Shown here in pieces: positions 1 to 13,298 of a stretch of DNA of 32,000 nucleotides. Below the pieces are notes generated by a model that was not told the DNA's origin, ran no database searches, and worked only from the letters and a program-made list of their open reading frames with translations. Numbering within the stretch: the stretch's first letter is position 1; the number at the start of each line of letters is the position of its first letter. The translations under genes were made by a program, and so were the position numbers. Origin of the DNA: an uncultured Chloroflexia bacterium (lineage in GTDB: Bacteria > Chloroflexota > Ktedonobacteria > Ktedonobacterales > JADMIN01); the NCBI GenBank assembly GCA_963718915.1, contig CAVRAI010000003.1, positions 510,001 to 542,000 on the forward strand. Reading direction: 5' to 3'.

Positions 1-123
1 CGCTCGATGTCACCATCCTAAGCACGACGCTCGCGTTTCCGCGTGATAGATGCACTATACTCCGGAAAGGAGGCGGCCATTTCTCCCTGGGATAGAAGTC
101 CGGGGTCTTCTGGTCAAAGAAAG

Positions 124-660
124 ATGAACTGCTCACAATATGCGGACTGGCTCCAACTTTCGGTGGATGGGCGGCTAGATGCCAACCGACAACGTAGCCT
201 GGAGGCTCATCTGGCGGTGTGCGCGGCGTGCCGACATGACTATGTGTTGCTCGAAGAGGTACGCGATGCGCTGGCTATGCCCGTCGTCGTAGATGTTGAC
301 TTGAGTGACGCCATTCGCCAGCGTGTCGCCCAGTATGAGCAGGTGATGGTTGCTCGCCGCGAGCGGCTCCGTGCGTTTCGCCGCGATCTCATGAGGAACA
401 GCGCGATCGTCGTGGTCCTCCTGATGCTGATGGTGGCGTTCCTGCAGCCAGGGCTCTGGCATTCGGCGACCGATTCGGTGCAGCGCACCTGGCCGCAGGT
501 GCTGACACTGGCTATGTCGCCTGGCCCATATTCCATCGCCTGGGCCATCTGGGCGGCGGCGGGGCTGGTGGCGCTGGGCCTGTTCATCTGGCTGCGGCGC
601 ACCGAGACGCTGACGACCTGGCGGCGCGCGCTGGAAGAGCGGATCTCGCAAATCCGTTAG
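124..660 (+). CDS. zf-HC2 type anti-sigma factor, membrane anchored
   Basis: ORF 43..660. N-terminal CSQYADWL..DGRL..EAHLAVCAACRH carries the H-x3-C-x2-C zinc motif typical of anti-sigma factors. Two hydrophobic helices (SAIVVVLLMLMVAFL, IAWAIWAAAGLVALGLFIWL). ATG 124 puts the motif at the usual distance from the N-terminus; GTG 43 is the alternative start. Confidence 0.6.
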   Translation: MNCSQYADWLQLSVDGRLDANRQRSLEAHLAVCAACRHDYVLLEEVRDALAMPVVVDVDLSDAIRQRVAQYEQVMVARRERLRAFRRDLMRNSAIVVVLLMLMVAFLQPGLWHSATDSVQRTWPQVLTLAMSPGPYSIAWAIWAAAGLVALGLFIWLRRTETLTTWRRALEERISQIR

Positions 661-876
661 CCACGCCTGGTGGTAGCGTTCTGGCAACGGAGGTCGCACA
701 GCGGTTGAGGCGGTCGCACGGAGGCGTGGAGGCGTGGAGGCGTGATTCATCCCTGGGCAGCCACGTCCTCCCGCCGCCACCGAGCCGGAACTTCGGATGT
801 CGTACTCGGATGTCGTACATAGAATGCTGAAGACTTGTAATGCTGGAATGCTTGTGACCGCAAGAGGAGAAAACGT

Positions 877-2583
877 TTGAGATCCGAGCCAGCACCGTCG
901 GGAGGAAGCGCGGGACCAGTACGCCTGCCATCGTGGGCCTATGCCGCTGTGACGGTGGCCTCGCTGCTGATTGGCGTTACGGCGGTGGTTCGCGGGACGA
1001 GCGCCATTGTGGTTGCCGAGGATAGTGACCTTACGAACTTCTTCTTCAAATCCGCGAACTACATCCTTCAGGGCGAGCCCTGGCAAATCTATGCCGCGCG
1101 TGGCAGTGGTCTCACCTCAACCTATCCCAACTTTAACCCGCCACTGAGCATGTTCCTGATCGCGCCGCTGCTCTCGCTCGCCCATGCGCTCCATGCGGTC
1201 AGCTATGGCGCGCAGATAACGGTTGTCTCGCTCCCCTTCGTCGTACTGGTACCGCTGCTGGCCTATATCACCGCGCGTGTCCTTCGCTGGCTCTACCCGG
1301 AAATCCCCGAGACACAGCTATTCTTGGCATATATGCTCATCGCGCTCTCGCCGCTGGCGTGGCAATCGCTGACACCGTGGTACCATCTGGAACAGCCGTT
1401 GATGCTCTGCCTGCTGGTGCTGGCGATTGCATCTCTACAGGGGCGGCGTGAGGGACTGGCTGGTCTGCTGGCGGGGCTGGCGTTCCTGACACGCACGACG
1501 GCGCTGATGCCGCTGGTCGCGCTGGGGGTATTATTGCTGGTGGCGCGCGAGTGGCGCGGACTCTTACGCTTCGGTGGTGTTGCCGCGACGGTGAGTTTTG
1601 TCGGCCTGCTGCCATTCTTTCTCTTCGATCCGCATGACACCCTCTATTCGCTCGTCAGCTGGCGCGGTAGCTCGCAGATTGGTGGCAACTCCATCTGGAG
1701 CATCTTCGCCTATTCAGGCGACGACAGCTCAATTCGCTACCTAATCAACGGGGTCGCCGAGCGGCTCGATATGTATAGTGTGCTGCTGTTCATTGTTATT
1801 GTGGCGTTCGTGGCGGCGCGACGGCGTGGCATCTCCGCCTATGGAACGGATGCCTGGGCGGTGGTCGCGATTGCCTGCCTCGCGACGCCGATGCTCTCCA
1901 AGACGGTCTGGCCGTACTATTATCTGGAACCATTTGTGCCGCTGCTGATCTGGGAATACGCGACGATGTACAACCGGCGTGGCGGTGTCTGGCGCTGGCC
2001 GGTCCTCTCGATTGGCTTCCTCTGTGTCGCCGCGACCCTTTCGCAATTCATCGGTCTGCGTAGCGTCGGCTACCTCGACCGTGTCAGTGTGGGACTGCTG
2101 GGGTTCGGCGCGATGCTGGCCTTCGCGTACTTCATCTGGATGCGACTGGGCGCGCGCAAACTCGATGCATCCGCCGCGGCAGGCAGTGAGCCAGCCCGCA
2201 AGCAGTGGCGCCTTGGGCAGGGGAGTCTGTTCGAGCCAACCGCCGCGCCCGTCTCGCCCGTCTCGCCCGTCTCGCCAGCATCCATCGCTCCGCAGCCCAC
2301 GCCAGGTGGATCAGCGTATGCGCCGCCAATGGTTGCGCCCGCGAACCCGATTCCACCGATCCCGCCAGCGCAGCGCGCGCCAGCGCCAGCGCCAAAGCCC
2401 CAGCAGCAACCGCCATCGCCATCGCAATCGCAATCGCCCCAGCAATCGCCCCAGCAGCAACGTCCGCCCGCGGCGCCGCTCTGGCCGCCTGATCCGGTGG
2501 AGCGGCCAACGCCGTCGGCCAATGGTGGAGAAGGCGCCTGGCCTGATCTGTGGGCCGATGACAAGCGCCCACCTAGGCAGTAA
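877..2583 (+). CDS. polytopic membrane protein, GT-C fold glycosyltransferase-like (DUF2029/GT87-like), with a ~130 aa Pro/Gln/Ser-rich C-terminal tail
   Basis: TTG start at 877 preceded by AAGAGGAGA (863-871). More than 10 hydrophobic segments. Early loop motif DLTNFFFKSANYILQGEPWQIY resembles the D..Y...G..pY loop of GT87/DUF2029 mannosyltransferases (from memory, not searched). The tail contains in-frame 6-12 bp repeats. Confidence 0.6.
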   Translation: MRSEPAPSGGSAGPVRLPSWAYAAVTVASLLIGVTAVVRGTSAIVVAEDSDLTNFFFKSANYILQGEPWQIYAARGSGLTSTYPNFNPPLSMFLIAPLLSLAHALHAVSYGAQITVVSLPFVVLVPLLAYITARVLRWLYPEIPETQLFLAYMLIALSPLAWQSLTPWYHLEQPLMLCLLVLAIASLQGRREGLAGLLAGLAFLTRTTALMPLVALGVLLLVAREWRGLLRFGGVAATVSFVGLLPFFLFDPHDTLYSLVSWRGSSQIGGNSIWSIFAYSGDDSSIRYLINGVAERLDMYSVLLFIVIVAFVAARRRGISAYGTDAWAVVAIACLATPMLSKTVWPYYYLEPFVPLLIWEYATMYNRRGGVWRWPVLSIGFLCVAATLSQFIGLRSVGYLDRVSVGLLGFGAMLAFAYFIWMRLGARKLDASAAAGSEPARKQWRLGQGSLFEPTAAPVSPVSPVSPASIAPQPTPGGSAYAPPMVAPANPIPPIPPAQRAPAPAPKPQQQPPSPSQSQSPQQSPQQQRPPAAPLWPPDPVERPTPSANGGEGAWPDLWADDKRPPRQ

Positions 2584-2626
2584 CCCAGGCAGTAACCGCG
2601 ATGCGCGCGGCGGAGGTGAAGGCAGC

Positions 2627-4279
2627 GTGAGCAACGTGAGCGAGACGACTCGCGCGCGGGAGGAGGGCACGCGGCCAGCGATCACACAACGATGGAGAGC
2701 GTTCTGGCGAACGCCGGGGGTGCGCGGGTTGCTCGGCGCTGGCGTGGCGCTCGAAGCATTTCTGCTGGCGCTCTGGGCGGTTATCCCGGCGGCAAGCGTC
2801 TCGCTGAGTGTCTCGCCGCTTGCGCGCGTCTGGCCCTGGCTGCTGGCCCCGGCTCACCTGATCCTCGGCGAGACGCTCGCCGCCACAAGCCTGCCTCCGG
2901 GGCGCGGGTTACTGGCGCTCTTCGCGCTCGGACTCTTGCTGGTCGGGGCGAGCTGCGCATCGGTCTATGCGATTCGCGTCGCGCCGGAGGTGCAGCTGAG
3001 CCGACGGGCAATGTTCGCACTGGCGCTGGGCGGCGCCGTCGTCTTCGGGCTGACGCTGGTTCTGCTGCCGTCGCTGCCGTCTGATGATATCTTCAGCTAC
3101 ATCCTCTATGGCCGTATCAGCGCGGTGCATGGCGCCAACCCGCTGATCTCCACACCGGCTGATTTCGCGAACGACCCTTTTCTCTCGCTGGTCTTCTGGC
3201 GCGATGTGCGCTCGGTCTATGGCCCCGTCTGGCTGCTCCTCTCCGCGGGAATCTCATGGCTGGCGCAGGGTTTGGGGGGCAGCCTGGCGCTCTATGTCGC
3301 GCTCTTCAAACTGCTCGGCTTCGCGGCGCACCTGACCAATGCCTGGCTCATCTGGCGAATTCTGGGCCGCCTCGCGCCCGACCGCCAGCTTCAGGGCACG
3401 CTGCTCTATGCCTGGAATCCCCTCTGCCTCCTGGAGTTTTGCGCCAGCGGCCATAACGACGCCGTCATGCTCACACTGCTCCTGCTGGCGGTCTACTGGC
3501 TGCTGATCGACTGGGAGCTGGCGGCGCTGGTGGCGTTCGGCCTCTCGATCTCGGTCAAATACGTGCCGGTGGTGTTAGTCCCGTTCTATCTGGCGCTGGT
3601 CGTGCGGCGGATGCGCGGTGGGGGAGCATCCTGGCGGCAGGTGGGTCTGGGCGTGGCGTGGCGTGGCGGTGTCGTCGCGCTGGTGATCGCGCTGACCGCG
3701 CTGCCATTCTGGGCGGGACCGGCCACGCTGGGTTCCTTGCTGCTCTCGCCTCCGGCCCAGCAGCTTGGCAACTCCCCCATCGAGGCGATCTCGTGGCCGC
3801 TGCGGGCGCTGGCGCAGGCAGTGGGCTTCTCACCTGATGCCGCCAGAAACCTCGTGGATACTGGCCTGAAGGCAGCGGGATTGCTGATCTTCGCCGTGCT
3901 CTGGCTCTGGGAGTTCCGCCGCGTGCGCGACCTGGCGGGCATGCTCGACGCCTGGGGCTGGACGCTGCTCTGGTATGTGCTGATTGCCAGCGGCTGGTTC
4001 TGGCCGTGGTATGTGACGTGGGGCGTGGCGGTCGTCGCGCTGACGCCATGGCGGCTGCTGGCGCGCGTGACGGTTCTGCTCTCGGCGGGCGTGCTGACGC
4101 TCTACACCTTTCAGTCGCTCTATGCGCTTGGTATCTATGGCTATCGCTCGCTGGTCGCGTTTGGCCCAGCGCTGGTGGCGCTGGCGCTGGTATTTGCCCG
4201 GCGCGTGGGCTGGCTGCGCTGGCCGCGTGAGGACAGGCGCGAGGACAGGCAGGAGAAGAAAACCCAGGCGGGAGATTGA
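2627..4279 (+). CDS. polytopic membrane protein, GT-C fold glycosyltransferase-like (DUF2029/GT87-like), paralog of the upstream gene
   Basis: The long ORF 1979..4279 overlaps the previous gene. The in-frame GTG at 2627 follows GGAGGTGA (2611-2618). Motif SDDIFSYILYGRISAVHGANPL sits in the first loop; many TM segments follow. Confidence 0.6.
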   Translation: MSNVSETTRAREEGTRPAITQRWRAFWRTPGVRGLLGAGVALEAFLLALWAVIPAASVSLSVSPLARVWPWLLAPAHLILGETLAATSLPPGRGLLALFALGLLLVGASCASVYAIRVAPEVQLSRRAMFALALGGAVVFGLTLVLLPSLPSDDIFSYILYGRISAVHGANPLISTPADFANDPFLSLVFWRDVRSVYGPVWLLLSAGISWLAQGLGGSLALYVALFKLLGFAAHLTNAWLIWRILGRLAPDRQLQGTLLYAWNPLCLLEFCASGHNDAVMLTLLLLAVYWLLIDWELAALVAFGLSISVKYVPVVLVPFYLALVVRRMRGGGASWRQVGLGVAWRGGVVALVIALTALPFWAGPATLGSLLLSPPAQQLGNSPIEAISWPLRALAQAVGFSPDAARNLVDTGLKAAGLLIFAVLWLWEFRRVRDLAGMLDAWGWTLLWYVLIASGWFWPWYVTWGVAVVALTPWRLLARVTVLLSAGVLTLYTFQSLYALGIYGYRSLVAFGPALVALALVFARRVGWLRWPREDRREDRQEKKTQAGD

Positions 4280-4349
4280 CAGAATACTGCCAGAAACAGT
4301 ACCTTCCGGCGGAATTGCGCCAGAGACGGAAAATTGGATGCAAAAACCG

Positions 4350-4378
4350 TTGACATCCCCTTCCGGTTGTGGCATACT
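4350..4378 (+). promoter_or_regulatory. rRNA operon promoter P1 (sigma-70 type)
   Basis: TTGACA (4350-4355), 17 bp spacer, CATACT (4373-4378), about 530 bp upstream of the 16S. Confidence 0.5.
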
Positions 4379-4585
4379 CACTTTTGCCGCTTCGAGCGAG
4401 GCGTCGCTGCACGCGCAGGCGTGAGACGTTTTTCATTCGAGTAGTACTTCGGAACCGGTTGTCATGTATGAGTGACGGATGTCTTCGACAAGCCGTTTGA
4501 GCATGAGGAACCGACCGCTCCCCAGAGACACAAACACTTCAAGTGAATGAACATTGCCTTCTGGGTTGTCGCGTGAATTACCCTC

Positions 4586-4613
4586 TTGACAGTACCATAC
4601 GGTCTGTGATAAT
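4586..4613 (+). promoter_or_regulatory. rRNA operon promoter P2 (sigma-70 type, extended -10)
   Basis: TTGACA (4586-4591), 16 bp spacer, TGTGATAAT with GATAAT at 4608-4613. Confidence 0.55.
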
Positions 4614-4686
4614 CTAAGGGGGTGTCGCGCGAAAGGTGCGGCGATGCACTGATGAGTAGCGATTAGGGATCGTTACTGGCCAGGCA

Positions 4687-4714
4687 CCTTGACAACTGAA
4701 GAGTGAGAAGCAGC
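4687..4714 (+). promoter_or_regulatory. boxA-like antitermination motif plus the 5' half of the 16S processing stem
   Basis: CCTTGACAAC (4687-4696) recurs as ACTTTGACAAC in the ITS (6624-6634). CTGAAGAGTGAGAAGCAGC (4696-4714) is complementary (18/19) to 6564-6582 downstream of the 16S. Confidence 0.45.
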
Positions 4715-4908
4715 AGCACAATGAGGTTGTTTCTGGTTCGGTGGTGAGAGCCATTGGGCTGGAGAGAGCGTCACTTTGTGAGCGTAGCGTCATGTCATAA
4801 CTTTGAGTCGTGCAAACGACGCATATACCGGTAGGGTGCGTGAGTGAGGAAAAGGCGGCGGAGGCCCGAGTGGTTTCTGTCGTGGAATAGCACAAGCGAA
4901 CTTTTACT

Positions 4909-9973
<5,065 letters not shown>

Positions 9974-10048
9974 CCTTTGTTTCGCCGTCAACATATCACC
10001 TGGGAGCCGCGGCAAATTCGCGCGTCTTCTCATCGGCAAATTTGAGTG

Positions 10049-10092
10049 CTTGTGGTCAAACTCGTAAAAATACTCTTTGGTGTGGTGTCATT
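10049..10092 (+). other. 3' half of the 23S precursor processing stem
   Basis: CTTGTGGTCAAACTC...TACTCTTTGGTGTGGTGTCA is complementary in two blocks to ITS 6626-6662 (TTTGACAACCACACAAAGAGTAGAGTTTGACCACGAG). Confidence 0.6.
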
Positions 10093-10112
10093 GGATACGA
10101 TCACCTGAAGCG

Positions 10113-10146
10113 GGCGGGAAGGGATGATACCCCTTTCCGCCTTTTT
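10113..10146 (+). terminator. rho-independent terminator of the rRNA operon
   Basis: 11-bp stem GGCGGGAAGGG (10113-10123) / CCCTTTCCGCC (10131-10141) with one G-U pair, 7-nt loop, then TTTTTGCGTTTT. Confidence 0.7.
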
Positions 10147-10236
10147 GCGTTTTCTGACGTATAGTTCAAAAGAATCTCATGGATCCGATACCGGTCTGGC
10201 ATTCTGGCTCCCCATGAAGAGGTGAGATAGCGCACT

Positions 10237-11913
10237 ATGACCGACAAAACATATCACGGTGATACGCTGGATTCCGAGGATGCTGGAGCCACACAACCTC
10301 CCCGCCGACAGACGGATGAGGTCGTCGTGACCGACGACCTCAGCCTGCTCATGGCTGCGCTGCCTCCACGTGTGCGTGTGGCCATTGAGGAGCGTGGCGT
10401 CGACCAACTGCTCGAAGTCGTGCTCGACCTGGGACGCCTCCCTGAGGCGCGCTACCCTCACGCGGCGTATGATCTCGGCGCCGACCCCGTCACAGCTGAA
10501 GACATCGCCTATGTCGTCAAGCGCGTTGGGCAGTTTGGAGGAGACAACCGGGCAGGGATCGAACGGACACTGCACCGCATCAGCGCCATCCGCAACCGCC
10601 GCGGCGAGGTCATCGGCCTCACCTGCCGCGTCGGGCGCGCCGTCCGCGGCACCGTCGCCTTGATTCGCGATGTCATCGAGCAGGGCCAATCCCTGCTCAT
10701 CCTGGGGCGACCCGGCGTCGGCAAGACGACGCTGCTGCGAGAGGCGGCGCGGGTCTTGGCCGATGAGCTGGGCAAGCGGGTGGTGGTGGTGGACACCTCC
10801 AACGAGATCGCGGGCGACGGCGACATTCCGCATCCCGGCATTGGGCGCGCGCGGCGGATGCAGGTGACGCGGCCGGCGGAGCAGCATCAGGTGATGATCG
10901 AGGCGGTGGAGAACCACATGCCGGAGGTGATCATCATCGACGAGATTGGGACGGAGCTGGAGGCGGCGGCGGCGCGCACGATTGCCGAGCGGGGGGTGCA
11001 GTTGGTGGGGACGGCGCATGGGCGGACGCTGGACAACCTGGTGGTGAACCCGACGCTCGCCGACCTGGTGGGGGGGACGCAGACGGTGACGCTGGGGGAT
11101 GAGGAGGCGCGGCGGCGGGGGACGCAGAAGACGGTGGTCGAGCGCAAAGCCCCACCCACCTTCGATGTCCTCGTCGAGCAGGAGGAGCGCAATCTGGTGG
11201 GCGTTCACCGCGATGTGGCCACTGCGGTCGATGACATCCTGCGCGGGGAATCGCCCCAGCGTGAGATGCGCGAGCGTCTGCCCGATGGCTCACTGCGCAC
11301 CTGGACGGAACATGCGCCACGCGCCGCACGTAATGACGCGGTGGGGCTTCCCCTGCGTGAGGCGCCGATGGCGCGCGAAGATGTCGGCGCCCGGAGGCGG
11401 CCACGTGGCCCCTTGGCGGGTGTCGCCCCACGCGCGCCCTGGTGGGAAGAGCGCCAGGATCGCGGCGCGCGCGCGGGCCAGCCACAGGAAGACAATGAGG
11501 ATGTGGCGACGGCCGAGGATGGTTCTGGTTGGCTCGATCCCGAACTGGCGCGCTCGGCGGCGCTTTTCCACGATGGAACGAGCGGCGTGCCTTTGGTGAC
11601 GCCTGATCCGGCGATATTCCGCAAGCGGCGCATCTATCCCTTCGGCGTCAGCCGTGTCCGGCTGGAGCAGGCGATCCGCGAGATGGGCCTGCCCGCGGTC
11701 ATCAGCCGCAGCGAGCAGGAGGCCGACGCGCTGCTAGTGCTGAAGAACATGTATCGCAAGCAGCCCGACCGCATCGACGCTGCCCAGCAGGCGGGCGTTC
11801 CCGTCTATATGCTGCGTTCGGCGGGACTGGATCGCATCCGCGAGGCGCTGCTCGACCTCTTCGGGCCAGATCTGGCGCGCGCCCGGGCAACGGTTCGTCC
11901 GCCAGAGGCGTAG
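10237..11913 (+). CDS. Ycf45/SpoIIIAA-like AAA ATPase with an R3H-type C-terminal region
   Basis: 558 aa. Walker A GRPGVGKTT and Walker B VIIIDEIG. N-terminal LLEVVLDLGRLPEARY and TCRVGRAV blocks are typical of SpoIIIAA/Ycf45 family ATPases. The C-terminal RIYPFGVSRVRLEQAI block recalls cyanobacterial Ycf45 (from memory). Confidence 0.75.
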   Translation: MTDKTYHGDTLDSEDAGATQPPRRQTDEVVVTDDLSLLMAALPPRVRVAIEERGVDQLLEVVLDLGRLPEARYPHAAYDLGADPVTAEDIAYVVKRVGQFGGDNRAGIERTLHRISAIRNRRGEVIGLTCRVGRAVRGTVALIRDVIEQGQSLLILGRPGVGKTTLLREAARVLADELGKRVVVVDTSNEIAGDGDIPHPGIGRARRMQVTRPAEQHQVMIEAVENHMPEVIIIDEIGTELEAAAARTIAERGVQLVGTAHGRTLDNLVVNPTLADLVGGTQTVTLGDEEARRRGTQKTVVERKAPPTFDVLVEQEERNLVGVHRDVATAVDDILRGESPQREMRERLPDGSLRTWTEHAPRAARNDAVGLPLREAPMAREDVGARRRPRGPLAGVAPRAPWWEERQDRGARAGQPQEDNEDVATAEDGSGWLDPELARSAALFHDGTSGVPLVTPDPAIFRKRRIYPFGVSRVRLEQAIREMGLPAVISRSEQEADALLVLKNMYRKQPDRIDAAQQAGVPVYMLRSAGLDRIREALLDLFGPDLARARATVRPPEA

Positions 11914-11972
11914 GGCGCCCCACCACCCATCGGGGGAGTGGGGGGAACGAGAACGCACGCGGAAACGTGAAT

Positions 11973-12028
11973 GGCGCGGTTTTAACCGCCCGCGCTCCCC
12001 AGCCTGTCTCCGTCGCACATGCTAAAAC
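11973..12028. repeat. family-A REP-like module, copy 1
   Basis: GGCGCGGTTTTAACCGCC hairpin core plus CGCGCTCCCCAGCCTGTCTCCGTCGCACATGCTAAAAC; 54/56 identical to 13668-13723. Confidence 0.8.
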
Positions 12029-12029
12029 C

Positions 12030-13141
12030 ACGTGAGTTCGGGATAAGCGAAATGCCTTCAACAGAGATATGATGCGGTTTACGACACCCCGTCAGTCCCT
12101 GAATGGAGGCATGTCATGAGTATACTCGACCTGGACGCCTTGTACTGCTCCGTGGATGCGTTCTGGCAGGTCTTTGAGCCGTGGTGGGAGCGCGAGTTGC
12201 TCGTCTCGGGGACGCGCCGTCGTCGACGCGCGACCCGGCTGCATCCCAGTGAAATTATGACCATCGCGATCCTCTTGCAGCAGTCGGGCTACCGCACCTT
12301 CAAAGCGTTCTATACAAAGCGTTCTATACTGAGTATGTGCAGGTGCATCTGCGCCGGGAGTTTCCGCACCTCGTGAGCTACAATCGCTGCATCGAATCGC
12401 TGCATCGAATTGCTGCATCGAATTGCTGCCGCGAGTCCTCCTTCCGCTCGCCGTCTACCTGCGCACGCAATGTGGAACCTGCACCGGTGTCAGCTTCGTG
12501 TCAGCTTCATTGACTCGACGGCCCTCGCGGTCTGTCACCCGGCGCGCATCCACCAGCATCGGGTCTTTCGCGTGGATGCCCGGCGGGGCAAGACCTCGGT
12601 GGGCTGGTTCTTCGGCTTCAAACTGCATCTGGTGGTCAACGACCGCGGCGAACTGCTGGCGTTTTGTCTTCCCCCCGGCAACGTCGATGACCGTCAGCCT
12701 GTGCCACGCTTGGTGCGTGGCACGCATCGCCTCTTCGGCCGCCTCTTCGGTCGCCTCTTCGGCCGCCTCTTCGCCGACAAAGGCTACCAAAGGCTACATC
12801 TCGGCGGCGCTCGCTGAGCAGCGCTCGCTGAGCAGCTCTCGCTGGCTCTTGCTCACTCAGCGCCTGCGCCTCATTACCAAACTGCGCAAAAATATGCGCC
12901 ATGTGCTCATGCCCCTGGCCGACAAACTCCTGCTCCGCAAACGGGCGATCATTGAGAGCATCAACGACCAACTCAAGAACATCTGCCAGATTGAGCATAC
13001 CCGCCACCGCAGCCCGCTCAACTTCCTCGTCCATCTCTTCGCCGGATTGGTCGCCTACTGCCGCCAACCCAAGAAACCCTCCCTCGTCCAAGAGCACGAG
13101 ATGCCCGTTCATGTTACCCTGTAGTTATCCCGAACTCACGT
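12030..13141 (+). mobile_element. IS982-family insertion sequence (inactive copy)
   Basis: Perfect 17-bp terminal inverted repeats ACGTGAGTTCGGGATAA (12030-12046) and TTATCCCGAACTCACGT (13125-13141) enclose a single transposase gene. Confidence 0.85.
12116..13124 (+). pseudogene. IS982-family DDE transposase, disrupted by multiple short tandem duplications
   Basis: Pieces lie in three frames (ORFs 12116..12376, 12410..12817, 12423..13124). Family hallmarks present: [98 protein letters not shown]. Confidence 0.85.
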
Positions 13142-13266
13142 TAAAATATATCGTTGAGGGGGCGCTACAATCGCCAGATGGCAGGAATCCGCAGGTGCGC
13201 TCGGTGTGGATGATTGACGGCGGAAGAAGCTCTCCACGGCTGATCTCCGCCTACGCGCTCGACTAA
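13141..13266 (+). pseudogene. 3' fragment of a DUF6883-like gene, truncated at the IS982 right end
   Basis: LKYIVEGALQSPDGRNPQVRSVWMIDGGRSSPRLISAYALD* resembles the conserved C-terminus of DUF6883 proteins (..P.GR...V.tVW.i......PRl.tAYP, from memory). The reading frame begins exactly at the IS boundary and there is no N-terminal part left of the IS. Confidence 0.45.
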
Positions 13267-13298
13267 TGCGATCTGATCGGGGTGAAAGGGAAACCGCA

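Noticed and set aside
1-42. 3' end of an upstream gene (expected ECF sigma factor) ending at TAA 19-21.
   Set aside because: Only six codons are visible, too little to support any call.
175-1086. Long antisense or shadow ORFs in high-GC genes (175..1086-, 3555..4436-, 10177..11208-, 10934..11485-, 20536..21009-, 25746..26126- and similar).
   Set aside because: They overlap better-supported genes on the opposite strand. They have Arg/Pro/Ala-rich compositions typical of out-of-frame high-GC translation, and no motifs or SD sites.
4684-4720. Third rRNA promoter at the TTGACA at 4689-4694.
   Set aside because: No acceptable -10 hexamer lies 16-18 bp downstream. The motif recurs in the ITS and overlaps the processing stem, so a boxA-like element is the better explanation.
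9974-10236. 5S rRNA gene downstream of the 23S.
   Set aside because: No 5S-like conserved blocks. The interval is occupied by the 23S processing-stem half and a terminator.
12901-13266. 121-aa ORF bridging the IS982 right end and flanking DNA.
   Set aside because: It is chimeric: an out-of-frame read of the transposase 3' region fused across the inverted repeat to the DUF6883-like fragment. It is not a real gene.
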